A program made the position numbers and the translations under genes. Of a DNA stretch of 64,000 nt, positions 63,894-64,000 are shown piece after piece. Positions within the stretch are counted from its first letter, which is position 1, and every line of letters starts with the position of its first letter. The stretch is from Nemertoderma westbladi (Eukaryota > Animalia > Xenacoelomorpha). The stretch is taken from positions 1-64,000 of the forward strand of contig JAUCBJ010005505.1 in the NCBI GenBank assembly GCA_032718475.1. Reading direction: 5' to 3'. The notes below the pieces were generated by a model. The model was not told the DNA's origin. It worked only from the letters and a program-made list of their open reading frames with translations, and made no database searches.

Positions 63894-64000
63894 GATTAAA
63901 ATCAGCTATTTTTACTTGAAATATAATTTTTTCCGAAATTCTATAATTCCCCAGTTAAGGAACTACGGAAACCCTTTCGAATGAGCCTAAAATCACGATT

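Overview
This is AT-rich, repeat-dense eukaryotic (metazoan) DNA with spliceosomal introns; there is no CRISPR array, operon, rRNA or credible tRNA gene. The backbone is a minus-strand ERC/ELKS/CAST (Bruchpilot-family) gene that the ORF track misses. I reconstructed nine phase-compatible exons by hand between 34840 and 7083, including the FWSPELKKER hallmark and one GC-AG intron; both gene ends were not found. Its introns hold four other genes: a KCNE-like single-pass membrane protein, two intronless SLC36-type amino-acid transporters with gene-conversion-like mosaic identity, and a 4-exon C11orf65/MFI homologue. Other genes are an intronless GIPC (5' partial), an intronless plant/protist-type glycine-rich cold-shock protein, and a PAN/apple-like secreted protein. 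Mobile DNA includes many RTE LINE fragments, SINEs (one with an internal 36-bp minisatellite), MULE, hAT and Tourist-like non-autonomous elements with clear TSDs, a 60-bp satellite, and a 2.2-kb tandem duplication. The most unusual object is a young 7.35-kb LTR element (56462-63811, minus strand, 5-bp TSD). It has a BEL/Pao-like gag but no pol, no tRNA-type primer-binding site (instead a 9-nt complement to its own LTR), and an array of about 27 short stem-loops in a C-poor, UAG-rich tract. It sits inside a composite RTE insertion that appears to have transduced about 2.2 kb of foreign DNA. All family assignments are from motif recognition by eye, not database searches.
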